Assembly: GCA_032718475.1 (NCBI GenBank)
Contig: JAUCBJ010000932.1
Location: 1-40,870, forward strand
Length of the DNA stretch: 40,870 nt
Reading direction: 5' to 3'
From: Nemertoderma westbladi
Lineage: Eukaryota > Animalia > Xenacoelomorpha
Below are positions 26,101 to 38,256 of this stretch, piece after piece. Position 1 is the first letter of the stretch, and each line of letters starts with the position of its first letter. The notes under the pieces are model-generated. The model did no database searches and was not told where the DNA came from. It was given only the letters and a program-made list of their open reading frames with translations. Made by a program: the position numbers and the translations under genes.

Positions 26101-26391
26101 AGTTCTGTACATAAATGTTACATTCTTTACCGTTAGTTCTGTACATAAATGTTACATTCTTTACCGTTAGTTCTGTACATAAATGTTACATTCTTTACCG
26201 TTAGTTCTGTACATAAATGTTACATTCTTTACCGTTAGTTCTGTACATAAATGTTACATTCTTTACCGTTAGTTCTGTACATAAATGTTACATTCTTTAC
26301 CGTTAGTTCTGTACATAAATGTTACATTCTTTACCGTTAGTTCGTTCTGTACATAAATGTTACTTTCTTTACTGTTAGTTATGTACATAAA
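23139..26391. repeat. 34-bp satellite array, right part (~95 units)
   Basis: Same unit and variants as 15834-21128, resuming in register after the insertion. Confidence 0.98.
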
Positions 26392-27533
26392 GACTTTCTT
26401 TCCCTACCAAATATGCCCTAGGGCTGTAGAACAGGCTGCTCAAATTGTACATACCATATTCAAAAGTAATTCGAAATTTTATGTCACAACCATGGCATAA
26501 CCAAATTTCACCACAAACTATATATCTAGAACCACAGATAACTCGAAAAGTAAGATACGAAGATAAGGATAAGGAAGGGGGCGTTCATAGTAGTATGTCT
26601 GGGGGGGAGGGGGGGGGTGTCGAGCTTGCGTGACATTTTGTGACATAGGGGGAGGGGGTGTTGACTTTTGTGACGGTCACGGCGATGTTCTATGCTTTAA
26701 TGTAAGCTTGACTTTGACTTAACACATTTGTAGATTAGTGGGTTACTTTAAGGCAAACAAAGAAAACAGGTTATACAAATGAAATAATTCAAATAAAACC
26801 AGGATTATCTTTATTACAATTTACCTTCAGTCTTAACAATCAGTTAACTCTCAACAATGATAACGCTCCACATTACACATCACACTCACATCACATCACA
26901 ATCCGTGGGTTACGTGGATTTTCAGCCGCGGTAGCTTTTTGAATCCAAACCCAAGCATATGTGATACAGTGGGTGGAGTGAGTGTGGGTTTCTGCTTATT
27001 GCTTAGTACGGTAAGGAAGTTCCACCCCCCCCCCCCCCCCCCCCCCCCCCCACCTATATTATAGGCGTCCTTCCTAGCAGACCTTACCTTACCTTACCTG
27101 CCCACTTATTATAACGTTATCTTGGCAGATCCCATACGGTTTACTACATAATACTATCATCAATACAATAGAGTAGTACTCAAGCTAATAGTATAAGCTG
27201 TCAGGGGTACTTTTTTGTGGTTTCAGTACAATTGGAATGGGACTTTTTCGTATCGCAATGCCATGATATCGAATTGTTGATGAATCGTTAATTTAATGTT
27301 GAACATCCAATGATGTGTTATGTTATGTAAAATATCTATTAGAAATATATGTAGCTCTCTTATTTTCAGATTTGAATTGTAATTATTGGTTTGCAATACC
27401 TGTAGTTGTATTGCGTTAGAACCTATAAAGGGAATTATTATTTCGCACTTTGAATATTATTAGGCTTTTGTTTTTGAATCATGTTGGATTTGTGCAATGT
27501 CCATTCCTCTGGAGCTGTTATTATTTTTCTACA

Positions 27534-27855
27534 ATGAATTCAACCAATTATCTTATGAACATATTCAAACTAACGATATTACTACACGTGTTCGGCAATC
27601 AATTCGTTTACTCTCAGTGTCAGGGTCCCTTTGAAAACACGAATATATCAAAATCACAACAAACAGAAAGAGACTTTTTGTTAACATTCTATAAGGAAAC
27701 TCGTGGTCCTAATTGGTCAATCAATAGTGATAATAAGTGGACCAACCAATCACACCATTGCTGCTGGTTCGGTATTACCTGCAATGATAAACAACGGGTA
27801 ACTGCCATGAGTTTAGTAAACTTCAATCTGGATGGAATCCTGCCAACGTTTACAG
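27534..27855 (+). CDS. LRR / Cys-rich / multi-pass membrane protein, exon 1 of 5 (signal peptide plus LRR N-cap)
   Basis: ATG at 27534 (or 27555); hydrophobic leader MNIFKLTILLHVFGNQFVYS; ERDFLLTFYKETRGPNW..W..HCCWFGITC..RVTAMSL..NLDGILP resembles the LRRNT_2-type cap. Donor CAG|GTAAG, phase 1. Confidence 0.88.
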
Positions 27856-28206
27856 GTAAGTTTGTGTTAAATCTTAAGAGCTAATCTTCCAAATATATAT
27901 GTTATATTATGTATCGAATAATTAATACGTTATATAATAATTTTATGCGAGTGAGAATGACATGTTTTGTTGTTATATAAATTTAATTTACCATAATATG
28001 TATAAATTGCCGATGTGAGTGTAAGTTCAATGCTACATCATATGTAAAACTCAAACCACAGGATCTTCTACGTCTTCATAGCTCCCCCCCCCCCCCCCCC
28101 CCCGCCCCCTCCTGAGAGTAATAATGTCACGTTCGTGGGGCCGTCGCGTTGTTTTTTGGACGGATCCATCATGGATGTCCTTATTTCTCACGTGTGTTTG
28201 TTTTTG

Positions 28207-30825
28207 TCATACTTAGGCCTGTGGGAACTCTTCTAACCTTCTTTCAACTCTTTATCATACTTAGCCCTGTGGGAACCCTTCTAGCCTGCTCCCAACTCTT
28301 TATCATACTTAGGCCTGTGGGAACCCTTCTACTAGCCTGCTTTCAACTCTTTATCATACTTAGGCCTGTGGGAACCCTTCTAACCTGCTTTCAACTCTTT
28401 ATCATACTTAGGCCTGTGGGAACCCTTCTAGCCTGCTTTCAACTCTTTATCATACTTAGGCCTGTGGGAACCCTTCTAGCCTGCTTTCAACTCTTTATCA
28501 TACTTAGGCCTGTGGGAACTCTTCTAACCTTCTTTCAACTCTTTATCATACTTAGCCCTGTGGGAACCCTTCTAGCCTGCTTTCAACTCTTTATCATACT
28601 TAGGCCTGTGGGAACCCTTCTAGCCTGCTTTCAACTCTTTATCATACTTAGGCCTGTGGGAACCCTTCTAGCCTGCTTTCAACTCTTTATCATACTTAGG
28701 CCTGTGGGAACCCTTCTAGCCTGCTTTCAACTCTTTATCATACTTAGGCCTGTGGGGACCCTTCTAACCTGCTCCCAACTCTTTATCATACTTAGGCCTG
28801 TGGGAACCCTTCTAACCTGCTTTCAACTCTTTATCATCCTTAGGCCTGTGGGAACCCTTCTAGCCTGCTTTCAACTCTTTATCATACTTAGGCCTGTGGG
28901 AAACCTTCTAACCTGCTTTCAACTCTTTATCATACTTAGGCCTGTGGGAACTCTTCTAACCTGCTTTCAACTCTTTATCATACTTAGGCCTGTGGGAACC
29001 CTTCTAGCCTGCTTTCAACTCTTTATCATACTTAGGCCTGTGGGAAACCTTCTACCCTGCTCCCAACTCTTTATCATACTTAGGCCTGTGGGAACTCTTC
29101 TAACCTGCTTTCAACTCTTTATCATACTTAGGCCTGTGGGAACCCTTCTAGCCTGCTTTCAACTCTTTATCATACTTAGGCCTGTGGGAACCTTCTAACC
29201 TGCTTTCAACTCTTTATCATACTTAGGCCTGTGGGAACTCTTCTAGCCTGCTTTCAACTCTTTATCATACTTAGGCCTGTGGGAACTCTTCTAACCTTCT
29301 TTCAACTCTTTATCATACTTAGGCCTGTGGGAACCCTTCTAGCCTGCTTTCAACTCTTTATCATACTTAGGCCTGTGGGAAACCTTCTAACCTGTTTCAA
29401 CTCTTTATCATACTTAGGCCTGTGGGAACTCTTTCTAACCTGCTTTCAACTCTTTATCATACTTAGGCCTGTGGGAACCCTTCTAACCTGCTTTCAACTC
29501 TTTATCATACTTAGGCCTGTGGGAACCCTTCTAGCCTGCTTTCAACTCTTTATCATACTTAGGCCTGTGGGAACTCTTCTAACCTTCTTTCAACTCTTTA
29601 TCATACTTAGGCCTGTGGAAATCCTTCTAGCCTGCTCCCAACTCTTTATCATACTTAGCCCTGTGGGAACCCTTCTAGCCTGCTTTCAACTCTTTATCAT
29701 ACTTAGCCCTGTGGGAACCCTTCTCAGCCTGCTTTCAACTCTTTATCATACTTAGGCCTGTGGGAACCCTTCTAACCTGCTTTCAACTCTTTATCATACT
29801 TAGGCCATGTGGAAACCCTTCTAGCCTGCTTTCAACTCTTTATTCATACTTAGGCCTGTGGGAACCCTTCTACCCTGCTTTCAACTCTTTATCATACTTA
29901 GGCCTGTGGGAACCCTTCTAGCCTGCTTTCAACTCTTTATCATACTTAGCACTTAGGCCTGTGGGAAACCTGCGAACCTGTTTCAACTCTTTATCATTCT
30001 TAGGCCTGTGGGAACTCTTTTAACCTGCTTTCAACTCTTTATCATACTTAGGCCTGTGGGAACCCTTCTACCCTGCTTTCAACTCTTTATTATACTTAGG
30101 CCTGTGGGAACCCTTCTACCCTGCTTTCAACTCTTTATTATACTTAGGCCTGTGGGAACCCTTCTGCCCTGCTTTCAACTCTTTATTATACTTAGGCCTG
30201 TGGGAACCTTTCTAGCCTGCTTTCAACTCTTTATCATACTTAGCCCTGTGGGAACCCTTCTAGCCTACTTTCAACTCTTTATCATACTTAGCCCTGTGGG
30301 AACCCTTCTAGCCTGCTTTCAACTATTTATCATACTTAGGCCTGTGGGAACCCTTCTACCATGCTTTCAACTCTTTATTATACTTAGGCCTGTGGGAACC
30401 CTTCTAGCCTGCTTTCAACTCTTTATCATACTTAGGCCTGTGGGAATCCTTCTAACCTGCTTTCAACTCTTTATTATACTTAGGCCTGTGGGACCCTTCT
30501 ACCATGCTTTCACTCTTTATCATACTTAGGCCTGTGGAACCCTTCTACCATGCTTTCAACTCTTTATTATACTTAGGCCTGTGGGACCCTTCTACCATGC
30601 TTTCACTCTTTATTATACTTAGGCCTGTGGGAACCCTTCTAACCTGCTTTCAACTCTTTATTATACTTAGGCCTGTGGGACCCTTCTACCATGCTTTCAC
30701 TCTTTATCATACTTAGGCCTATGGAACCCTTCTACCATGCTTTCAACTCTTTATTATACTTAGCCCTGTGGGAACCCTTCTAACCTGCTTTCAACTCTTT
30801 ATTATACTTATAAGCCTGTGTGAAC
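28207..30825. repeat. 48-bp minisatellite (~54 copies) in intron 1 of the LRR gene
   Basis: Unit ATCATACTTAGGCCTGTGGGAACCCTTCTAGCCTGCTTTCAACTCTTT; it degenerates toward the 3' end, with remnants to ~30885. Confidence 0.97.
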
Positions 30826-31271
30826 CCGTTTAGGCCATCATCCCTGTAGACTTCTCCTAGCTTGCTTTCAACTCTTTATCATATATCCCCATTTGGGGCG
30901 TCATGTGGCACTTCAAGGCGATATGCTTGCTTACTCCTTTCCTCTTCATTATTGTGTTGGGGTATGACGAGTGTTTGTTTTGATTGACCACTATAATATA
31001 CATGGGGTATAAATTATTATTTAATTAATAGCAATGTTTACCATTATTATTACTATTTATTATAATTCAGTTAAACGTATATTATATTTTGAATCTGTTG
31101 CGAGATATACTTTATCGTGATAAAATATTGTGCTTTTATCTTTTATATTACTTGTGCACCTGTGCGGTGATAAAGATCTTAGAAGAAGCTAATGATAGCG
31201 CATTGAATATTTATAAGTTTATATAATTATATATAATATAAAAATATTAACCAATACTATTACTGTTTTAG

Positions 31272-33747
31272 GAATGGAATTCCTTCGAATATTTATCCTT
31301 CGACATAATTATTTGAAAGGATCATTGGATGGATTTTTCCAATCTGACATCAATTTATCTAAGATCGAAAACTTTGAAGTGAGCTTTAACACCCTAAACG
31401 GTACAATCACTACCGAAAACATGAAAGCTATGGTTAACCTTCGAATCTTCAGAATCAGCACAAATTACGGTTTAGGGGGAGATATCTTGCCGGCGATTTG
31501 TTCGCTAAATAAACTCGTAATATTTAGCGCAGGACAGACAAATATTTCGGGATCAATGCCAGATTGTCTAGGTAACCTTACCCAACTAAGTTTCTTAGAC
31601 GTCGAATACTGCCAAAACATCAAAGGAAGGATACCGCATTCAATCTCCGAACTATCAAACATAGTTAGAATTCATCTGTCCCACTCAAATTTTGATGGTC
31701 ATTTGCCTCTTGACTTCGGCCAAAATTTCAAACATTTGATAGATTTAAAACTCTCCAACAACAAATTTATAGGTGAGTTTCCAAAGGCTATTAGTAACGC
31801 CAGTGTACTTCAGGTTTTCGATATTTCGAACAATTCTTTCAATGGCAGATGCCCCAGTTTAATCAATTTGTCTAAATTGGTTCATTTCAAGGCTTCATCA
31901 AATAGATTCACGTCGTTTCCTATTCTTCCTCGACTTGTTCAAAACATAGAATATTCGGATAATCCATTGGGATCAACCGCTGACTTCCAAGCCTACATAG
32001 CTGGCTTGCAAAATCACATATCTATACGAATATTTGACTTCCACAACTGCGGATTGGGTGGAATCATTCCACCTGAGGTAATGCGTCTTGGCGATCAAGG
32101 TGTAATGAAACTTATTTTGAATGACAATAATTTTATTGGCGAGATCCCGGAGCCACTGACCATGATGTATCTAACAAGTATCGACTTACGAAATAACAAT
32201 TTGAGCGGAATGTTGCCAACTAAAATCAATAACTGCCAATCTTTGAAGACCTTGGATATTCGCGGCAACCCCAATATGTTCATTGGGGCTTTAGATAAAG
32301 CGAGTTATTTCTTCGACTACACTGGCCAATCGCACATACCGGATCGCAACTGCACCTGTCCTTCTCTCAAACTTCTTAAACAGCATGGAGACGGCAGCCA
32401 GATACTTACAGATCCTTCATTTTATAATTTTGAGGGCTGCAGATGCGTCAGTGGTACTTTTGGCTCCTGGGGCCTTTGTTTATCCTGTATTCCAGGTGGA
32501 ATTTGTCGTGGAAACGCAGTAAATAGCACAGTCCGCGTTCCTACGAATTCTTGGGGATACCCTAACAGAGCTAACGTCACTAAACTGATAGAATGTGGCT
32601 ACCGAAATAGTGGTTTCATTACGGCTTGTAATCCCAACGGAACAGCAGAATGCTTTCTTCATTGGCGTGACAGCCGCTTCAGTGAATACGAAATTCGGTG
32701 CGGGTCTGAGGGGATGTGCCGTGAGAACATGACCGGCCACATGTGTCAACAATGCATCAATTCATCGTTATACAAAGATGGTAATGAATGTTTGCCATGC
32801 GAGGCCACTGCTGGTATGAACCGTACAGCTCTCTCTGTAGCTGCCGTGGTTATATTTGTCATTTTCGCTCTCCTTGTATTTGTTAACCCATTGATTACTA
32901 AAAATAGTGGCAATTTAAGAGTGGCATGTCGGAGGCTCCACTTGACAAATCTAAAAATGGGAGTATCGGAATTTATTCTAATCGCTGTTCAGTTTGGCTT
33001 GTGCGTTTTCGCACTACGGAGTTTCTGGACTTTTAGCCTTTCTGTGGTTATTCTTACACTTTCGCTCGGTAGAGGTAAATCCAATTACCTCGGTATTGCC
33101 AAGTCGTTTATCTTTTACTCCCAAACGCTGGGGTTATTGATGGCCAGCAACTTATCTGTCGTAATACCGGGCTACGACGCTATTACATCCGCTGCAAGAT
33201 CGCTGTCCTTCCGATTTAGAGGTCTCCAATGCTTTCTACAGAATTTACAGAGCGAATCAACAAAAATTTCGTTGTTAGTTTCACTGCCTTACATCGCAAT
33301 TGGGATATTGCTTGTTTTTTTTATACTGTTTGTCATTTGTAAGCGATATTTGATCCCCGCAAGCCTTCAGATGCCCAGCATCGCATATGGAATAAAAGAT
33401 CACTATCCTTTGTATTCCAACAAATATTGTATCCCCATAATCAACGCGCTCACTGACAGTGAATTATTACTATTACACAATCTTGGGGGTTTAGTTTTGT
33501 CCATGTCTGGAATGGTGTCTTTTCCAATCGCTTTGAGGGGACTGAAGGGAATTCACCCGGCTGTATTGAGTAACTCTACCGGTTCGAACGACTACTATAT
33601 GAAGCATTACCCCTCCATTCGCACGGGTACCTGGGAACATTATGCCATACTTGTTCCATCTGCGATATGTTGCGTACATTGGCATCTATTCATCTTAATA
33701 ACTTGGCGATTGATTCGTGTCTACAAGGCCAAATACAACCATATCAA
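31272..33747 (+). CDS. LRR / Cys-rich / multi-pass membrane protein, exon 2 of 5
   Basis: TTTTAG| acceptor in phase with exon 1. An 825-codon open frame holds ~14 LxxLxLxxNxFxGxIP-type LRRs, a Cys-rich region (CTCP..CRC..CLSC..C..GHMCQQC..CLPC) and several TM helices. Donor AA|GTAAGT, phase 2. Confidence 0.93.
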
Positions 33748-34047
33748 GTAAGTACACACATACGGTGAGTGCTCACCATTGTATGCACCACAATATACTA
33801 TTATGTGAATCGTTGTTGTGAATCGTAAAATCTTTTGTGAACAGTGATCAGGTGTTTTCCACATTATCACTGCAGGAATATTAGCCAGATCGTGCGGGCA
33901 AAATAATTGTTTCATTAGGTAGTTTACAGTCTCAACTGTGTATTCACAGCTAGTCTCAAACGTATAATTAGTTATATGTATATTAACACCAACATGCAAC
34001 ATATTATTATAACTTTTCGTAGGGCACAGCTTTTGCAAAGTCGCAAT

Positions 34048-34119
34048 GACGTCCAGGTGGGATCGAACTGGTAACCTCCGGGTTGGAAGTCTGACGCTTA
34101 ACCATTCAGCTAGCGGCTC
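34048..34119 (-). pseudogene. tRNA-derived sequence (TCC anticodon-like loop) in the left arm
   Basis: GAGCCGCTAGCTGAATGGTTAAGCGTCAGACTTCCAACCCGGAGGTTACCAGTTCGATCCCACCTGGACGTC contains an A box, a CTTCCAA loop and a GTTCGATCC B box. The acceptor and T stems do not pair properly. Confidence 0.7.
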
Positions 34120-34677
34120 AGGTAAAATATAGACCTGTGGAAATTCTATCTGATACCTTGTATGTCCGCAAATTACCTCCTCATGGCCTCCCATCTGTCA
34201 ATACCATCATCCGCTGCCATTGTGCTCAACACTACAGTACTTGGTCCTCTTTAACCACTCGCTACAATGAAAGGGTAGTGTATATTAACCATGAACCATC
34301 ACGGCCACAATGATTAATTATACACACTAGCTACTAATTTAGGTAGGACAGTTACACCCATAGGGAAATGCGACCGGTATTATAATAAATTTATTATTGG
34401 TGTTATGGGTGTTATACCGGTCGCATTTCCCTATGCTATGTGTGTAAATGTCCTGCCAAAATTAGTAGATAGAGTGTATAATTAATCATTGTGGTCGTGA
34501 TGGTTCATGGTTAATATACACTACCCTTTCATTGTAGCGAGTGGTTAACGACGGCCAAGTGCTGTAGGGTTGAGCATAGTGGCAGCAGATTATGGTATTG
34601 ACAGTTGGGAGGCCATGAGGAGGTAAATTGCGGACATACAAGGAATCAGATAGAATTTCCAGCTCTATCTTTTACCT

Positions 34678-34758
34678 GAGCCGCTAGCTGAATGGTTGGT
34701 TAGATCGTCGGACTTCCAACCCGGAGGTCACCAGTTCGATCCCACCTGGATGGACGTC
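34678..34758 (+). pseudogene. tRNA-derived sequence in the right arm
   Basis: Mirror copy of 34048-34119 with small duplications (GGTTGGTT, TGGATGGA). Confidence 0.7.
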
Positions 34759-35594
34759 TTGCCGACTTTGCAAAAGCTGTGCCCAGCGAAAAGTTATAAT
34801 AATATGAAACACCAATAATAAAACATACAACATGTATTATGATGTTTGCGTTCTTCAATATATAGTCACAACCATCCATAAAAGCTAATCTTTCAAAAAA
34901 TTATTGATCTATTTCTTCCAGTGAAGTCATGGGGTCTGCAAATCGCAAATAGTTTCGATACAAATTTTTGATATTAACTAATAAATATATAGTTTATCCG
35001 TTCTCAAGTGCAAAATATTATGTGAACGCTGAATAAATACCGGGTATCTTTTATATACGATGAAACACTGAGAATCATAGAGGAAGTGCACAGTAAATCC
35101 GTTCCATGTACCTGAACATCGTAATATTCGTGAAGGATCTTTTAGAAGTTCCTTATCGCGGATGTTCTTATTTTTTCTTAAAAAAAAAGAGTTTAGAAAT
35201 GCACTACTTTTTTTAAATATTAGTTAGAAAAAGCGGACTTTTTAAATAAAATTAATATATTTTTTATTACTATTTAATTTAAATATAGTAAATATTTACA
35301 TATTTAAAACGTCTTTCACACTGTTTTTATATTACACTTTATGAGTGGATGTAAAACACGAAACACCCGCGGCAACCAGAAGGCTTGTTTGTTACCTGTC
35401 ATCTGGGAGGACACCACACTAACTCCCAAGGGTGAAACTTCCCTAAATATTACTCCCCCCGCAGAAGCAAGGTACCAATTGCATCGTTGGGTGTGCTTTT
35501 AATATAAGTCTATAAATTATTTGCTTAAAATCCTGATTAATTCGACAATATTTAAAATGTTATACTAAATACAAAATATTTTATGTTTTGGTAG

Positions 35595-35890
35595 GACATC
35601 GATCGAATATAACCAGGAAGAGAAAGAGTTTGCAATTAAACTAATAGAGTCCTTTGTCGGCAGCGTTCTACTTCCATACAAGGATACACACCAATACATG
35701 GAATTATGGTTCCTATTGCGTCAGTATCTACTCGCCGTTGCGTTTACTCAACTTCCTATGCATTCAGTGGCTGCAACTAAAACTTCTGCCATCAGCCTAA
35801 TATTACTATTTTCGTTATCGCTACATCTGAGGTTGTTACCCTATAAGAAAAGGGGAAAAAGACTCTCTAATCTGGAAAACTGGCTGGAAG
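35595..35890 (+). CDS. LRR / multi-pass membrane protein, exon 3 of 5
   Basis: TAG| acceptor completes AA+G = Lys. GSVLLPYKDTHQYMELWFLLRQYLL..ILLFSLSLHLRLLPY..NWLE fits the G-x-L-x3-Y..Y-x-E-x5-R..H-x4-PY..N-x-LE membrane-domain pattern. Donor AAG|GTGAGT. Confidence 0.88.
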
Positions 35891-36188
35891 GTGAGTGTGA
35901 GACAGTGACTTCCGTAACTTTATTTATACAGTAATAGTAGGCCTACAGTTATTTATGTAGCCCACTTTTCATCTAAGGTTCAAAAGAAACAGATGGTAAA
36001 AAAAGACAAAAATGAAAATTTACAGAAAAAATTATATGTAGGCCCGATCGAATGAGCATGTTTTTGAATGATTGGTCACTTGAATGATTCCAAATCTGAT
36101 ATGAGGGCAAGGCTGTTGTATACACCAGGAGGGGTAGCTTACGGGAACATATTAAATTACAGTAAGTTACGACTAATATTAGGATACC

Positions 36189-36509
36189 ATTGGAGGTGTC
36201 TCATTGGTTCCCCCAAGCTTGACACTAGAACAAAATCGCCTCCGCTTTGCAGGACATTTCTTTCGCCGTGAGGACCAGCCAGTGCATAATCTTGTACTTT
36301 GGCAGCCTCATGGAGTGAATAAGCATGGTGGACAGCCCATGACTTTCTTGAGACGCATCTTAAAGGACACTGGCCTTAAAGATGCGGATGATCTAGCAAA
36401 TGTCATGGGTGATAGGGAGTTGTGGCGGTGCAATTTTGTTGACAAGCCGGCACAGCATTCTTAAAAATGCAGCTGCAATGCAGCATGCCGATCCTAGTAG
36501 TAGTAGTAG
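36189..36509 (+). mobile_element. 5'-truncated RTE-type LINE 3' end in intron 3
   Basis: RLRFAGHFFR..LVLWQPHG..GGQPMT..LKDTGL..MGDRELWR (RTE ORF2 C-terminus); (TAG)n tail at 36495-36512; 9-bp TSD TAGGATACC at 36180-36188 and 36510-36518. Confidence 0.88.
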
Positions 36510-36744
36510 TAGGATACCCTCCCCATGGTATAGGTCTAATGTAATGTGCGAACCTGCGAAGTATAGTGATAAGCGAAAAGGCGACCAATTAGAGCTGGAG
36601 ATCACGTTTTCACTTGCTGCTGTTATTGTACGCCTCTATCTAAGAAAAGGATTTACAAAATGTAGAACTTTATAGGGCGGGTGACTTTTATATAGGTGAG
36701 AATTGTTTATACGGCGGGTTGGATTCCAGTAGCATCCAGTAGGG

Positions 36745-37960
36745 CATAGCATACGAGTTAGGCCCCACGTCTCTGTTACTCAACGTCTGCATAGCATACG
36801 ACTTAGGCCCCACGTCTCTGTTACTCAACGTCTGCATAGCATACGAGTTCTGGCCCCGCGTCTCTGTTACTCAACGTCTGCATAGCATACGAGTTAGGCC
36901 CCGCGTCTCTGTTACTCAACGTCTGCATAGCATACGAGTTAGGCCCCACGTCTCTGTTACTCAACGTCTGCATAGCATACGAGTTAGGCCCCACGTCTCT
37001 GTTACTCTATGTCTGCATAGCATACGAGTTAGGCCCCACGTCTCTGTTACTCAACGTCTGCATAGCATACGAGTTAGGCCCTACGTCTCCGTTACTCAAC
37101 GTCTGCATAGCATACGAGTTAGGCCCCACGTCTCTGTTACTCAACGTCTTCATAGCATACGAGTTAGGCCCCACGTCTCTGTTACTCAACGTCTTCATAG
37201 CATACGAGTTAGGCCCCCCGTCTCTGTTACTCAACGTCTGCATAGCATACGAGTTAGGCCCTACGTCTCCGTTACTCAACGTCTGCATAGCATACGAGTT
37301 AGGCCCCGCGTCTCTGTTACTCAACGTCTGCATAGCATACGAGTTAGGCCCCACGTCTCCGTTACTCAACGTCTGCATAGCATACGAGTTAGGCCCCACG
37401 TCTCTGTTACTCAACGTCTGCATAGCATACGAGTTAGGCCCCACATCTCTGTTACTCAACGTCTTCATAGCATACGAGTTAGGTCCCACGTCTCTGTTAC
37501 TCAACGTCTGCATAGCATACGAGTTAGGCCCCACGTCTCTGTTACTCAACGTCTGCATAGCATACGAGTTAGGCCCCCCGTCTCTGTTACTCAACGTCTG
37601 CATAGCATACGAGTTAGGCCCCACGTCTCTGTTACTCAACGTCTTCATAGCATACGAGTTAGGCCCCACGTCTCTGTTACTCAACGTCTTCATAGCATAC
37701 GAGTTAGGCCCCCCGTCTCTGTTACTCAACGTCTGCATAGCATACGAGTTAGGCCCCACGTCCCTGTTACTCAACGTCTGCATAGCATACGAGTTAGGCC
37801 CCACGTCTCTGTTACTCAACGTCTGCATAGCATACGAGTTAGGACCTACGTCTCCGTTACTCAACGTCTGCATAGCATACGAGTTAGGCCCCACGTCTCT
37901 GTTACTCAACGTCTTCGTAGCATACGAGTTAGGCCCCACGTCTCTGTTACTCAACGTCTG
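36745..37960. repeat. 45-bp minisatellite, 27 copies, in intron 3 of the LRR gene
   Basis: Unit CATAGCATACGAGTTAGGCCCCACGTCTCTGTTACTCAACGTCTG. Confidence 0.97.
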
Positions 37961-38075
37961 TTCTTGTATTTATTAAACGCCTCACACTCTGATCTTATAA
38001 AGAGATGGATTATATGTATTGAATTAATTAGTTATTATAGTATATCGATTGGTTTCAGACATCATTTTATTTTAG

Positions 38076-38256
38076 GATTTGTTATTGGTGGTCTTATCAT
38101 CACAAACATTGGGGCAGTACTAGCTCACAACGCCATGTCTTACATCCAGTACTTTGGTAAAGAGTTATCCACCGTGGACGAAAGCATTGTTATTATTGGC
38201 GTTCTTGTCATCAATGGTTCGATCATTGTAGCGTTCCCTGTCTCTTTAATAATTCG
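38076..38256 (+). CDS. LRR / multi-pass membrane protein, exon 4 of 5
   Basis: TTTTAG| acceptor in phase 1; two hydrophobic helices (GFVIGGLIITNIGAVLA; SIVIIGVLVINGSIIVAFPVSLII); probable donor CG|GTTCGT, phase 2. Confidence 0.8.

Larger units (their letters stand above)
34001..34805. repeat. 805-bp fold-back palindrome (two ~385-bp inverted arms, ~30-bp spacer) in intron 2
   Basis: 34001-34381 is the reverse complement of 34413-34805 with scattered substitutions and small indels. Confidence 0.95.

Noticed and set aside
5195-26391. CRISPR-like reading of the 41-bp, 34-bp or GTAAAGTAYGGGAC repeats
   Set aside because: The tandem units have no unique spacers, the 14-bp motif is too short with ~165-bp gaps, there are no cas genes, and the context is eukaryotic.
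26577-28170. Harbinger-like G-rich end at ~26577 and C-rich end at ~28084-28170 possibly bracketing LRR exon 1
   Set aside because: The ends do not form a convincing TIR pair or TSD; more likely independent fragments.
28149-30716. 349-, 174-, 173- and 70-aa ORFs of repeated IILRPVGTLLACFQLF
   Set aside because: Translations of the 48-bp minisatellite; they are frameshifted repeatedly and lie inside a clean phase-1 intron.
35380-35500. Possible SINE core fragments (also ~12640, ~13425, ~40830)
   Set aside because: Similarity is limited to short motifs (TACTCCCC, GGTACC..TGGGTG) and cannot be supported without alignment.
37007-37954. 315-aa minus-strand repeat ORF (SNRDVGPNSYAMQTL)n
   Set aside because: Translation of the 45-bp minisatellite, antisense within intron 3, with no unique N- or C-terminal sequence.
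28207-37960. TTAGGC in minisatellite units as telomeric repeat
   Set aside because: Only one hexamer per unit, never tandem.
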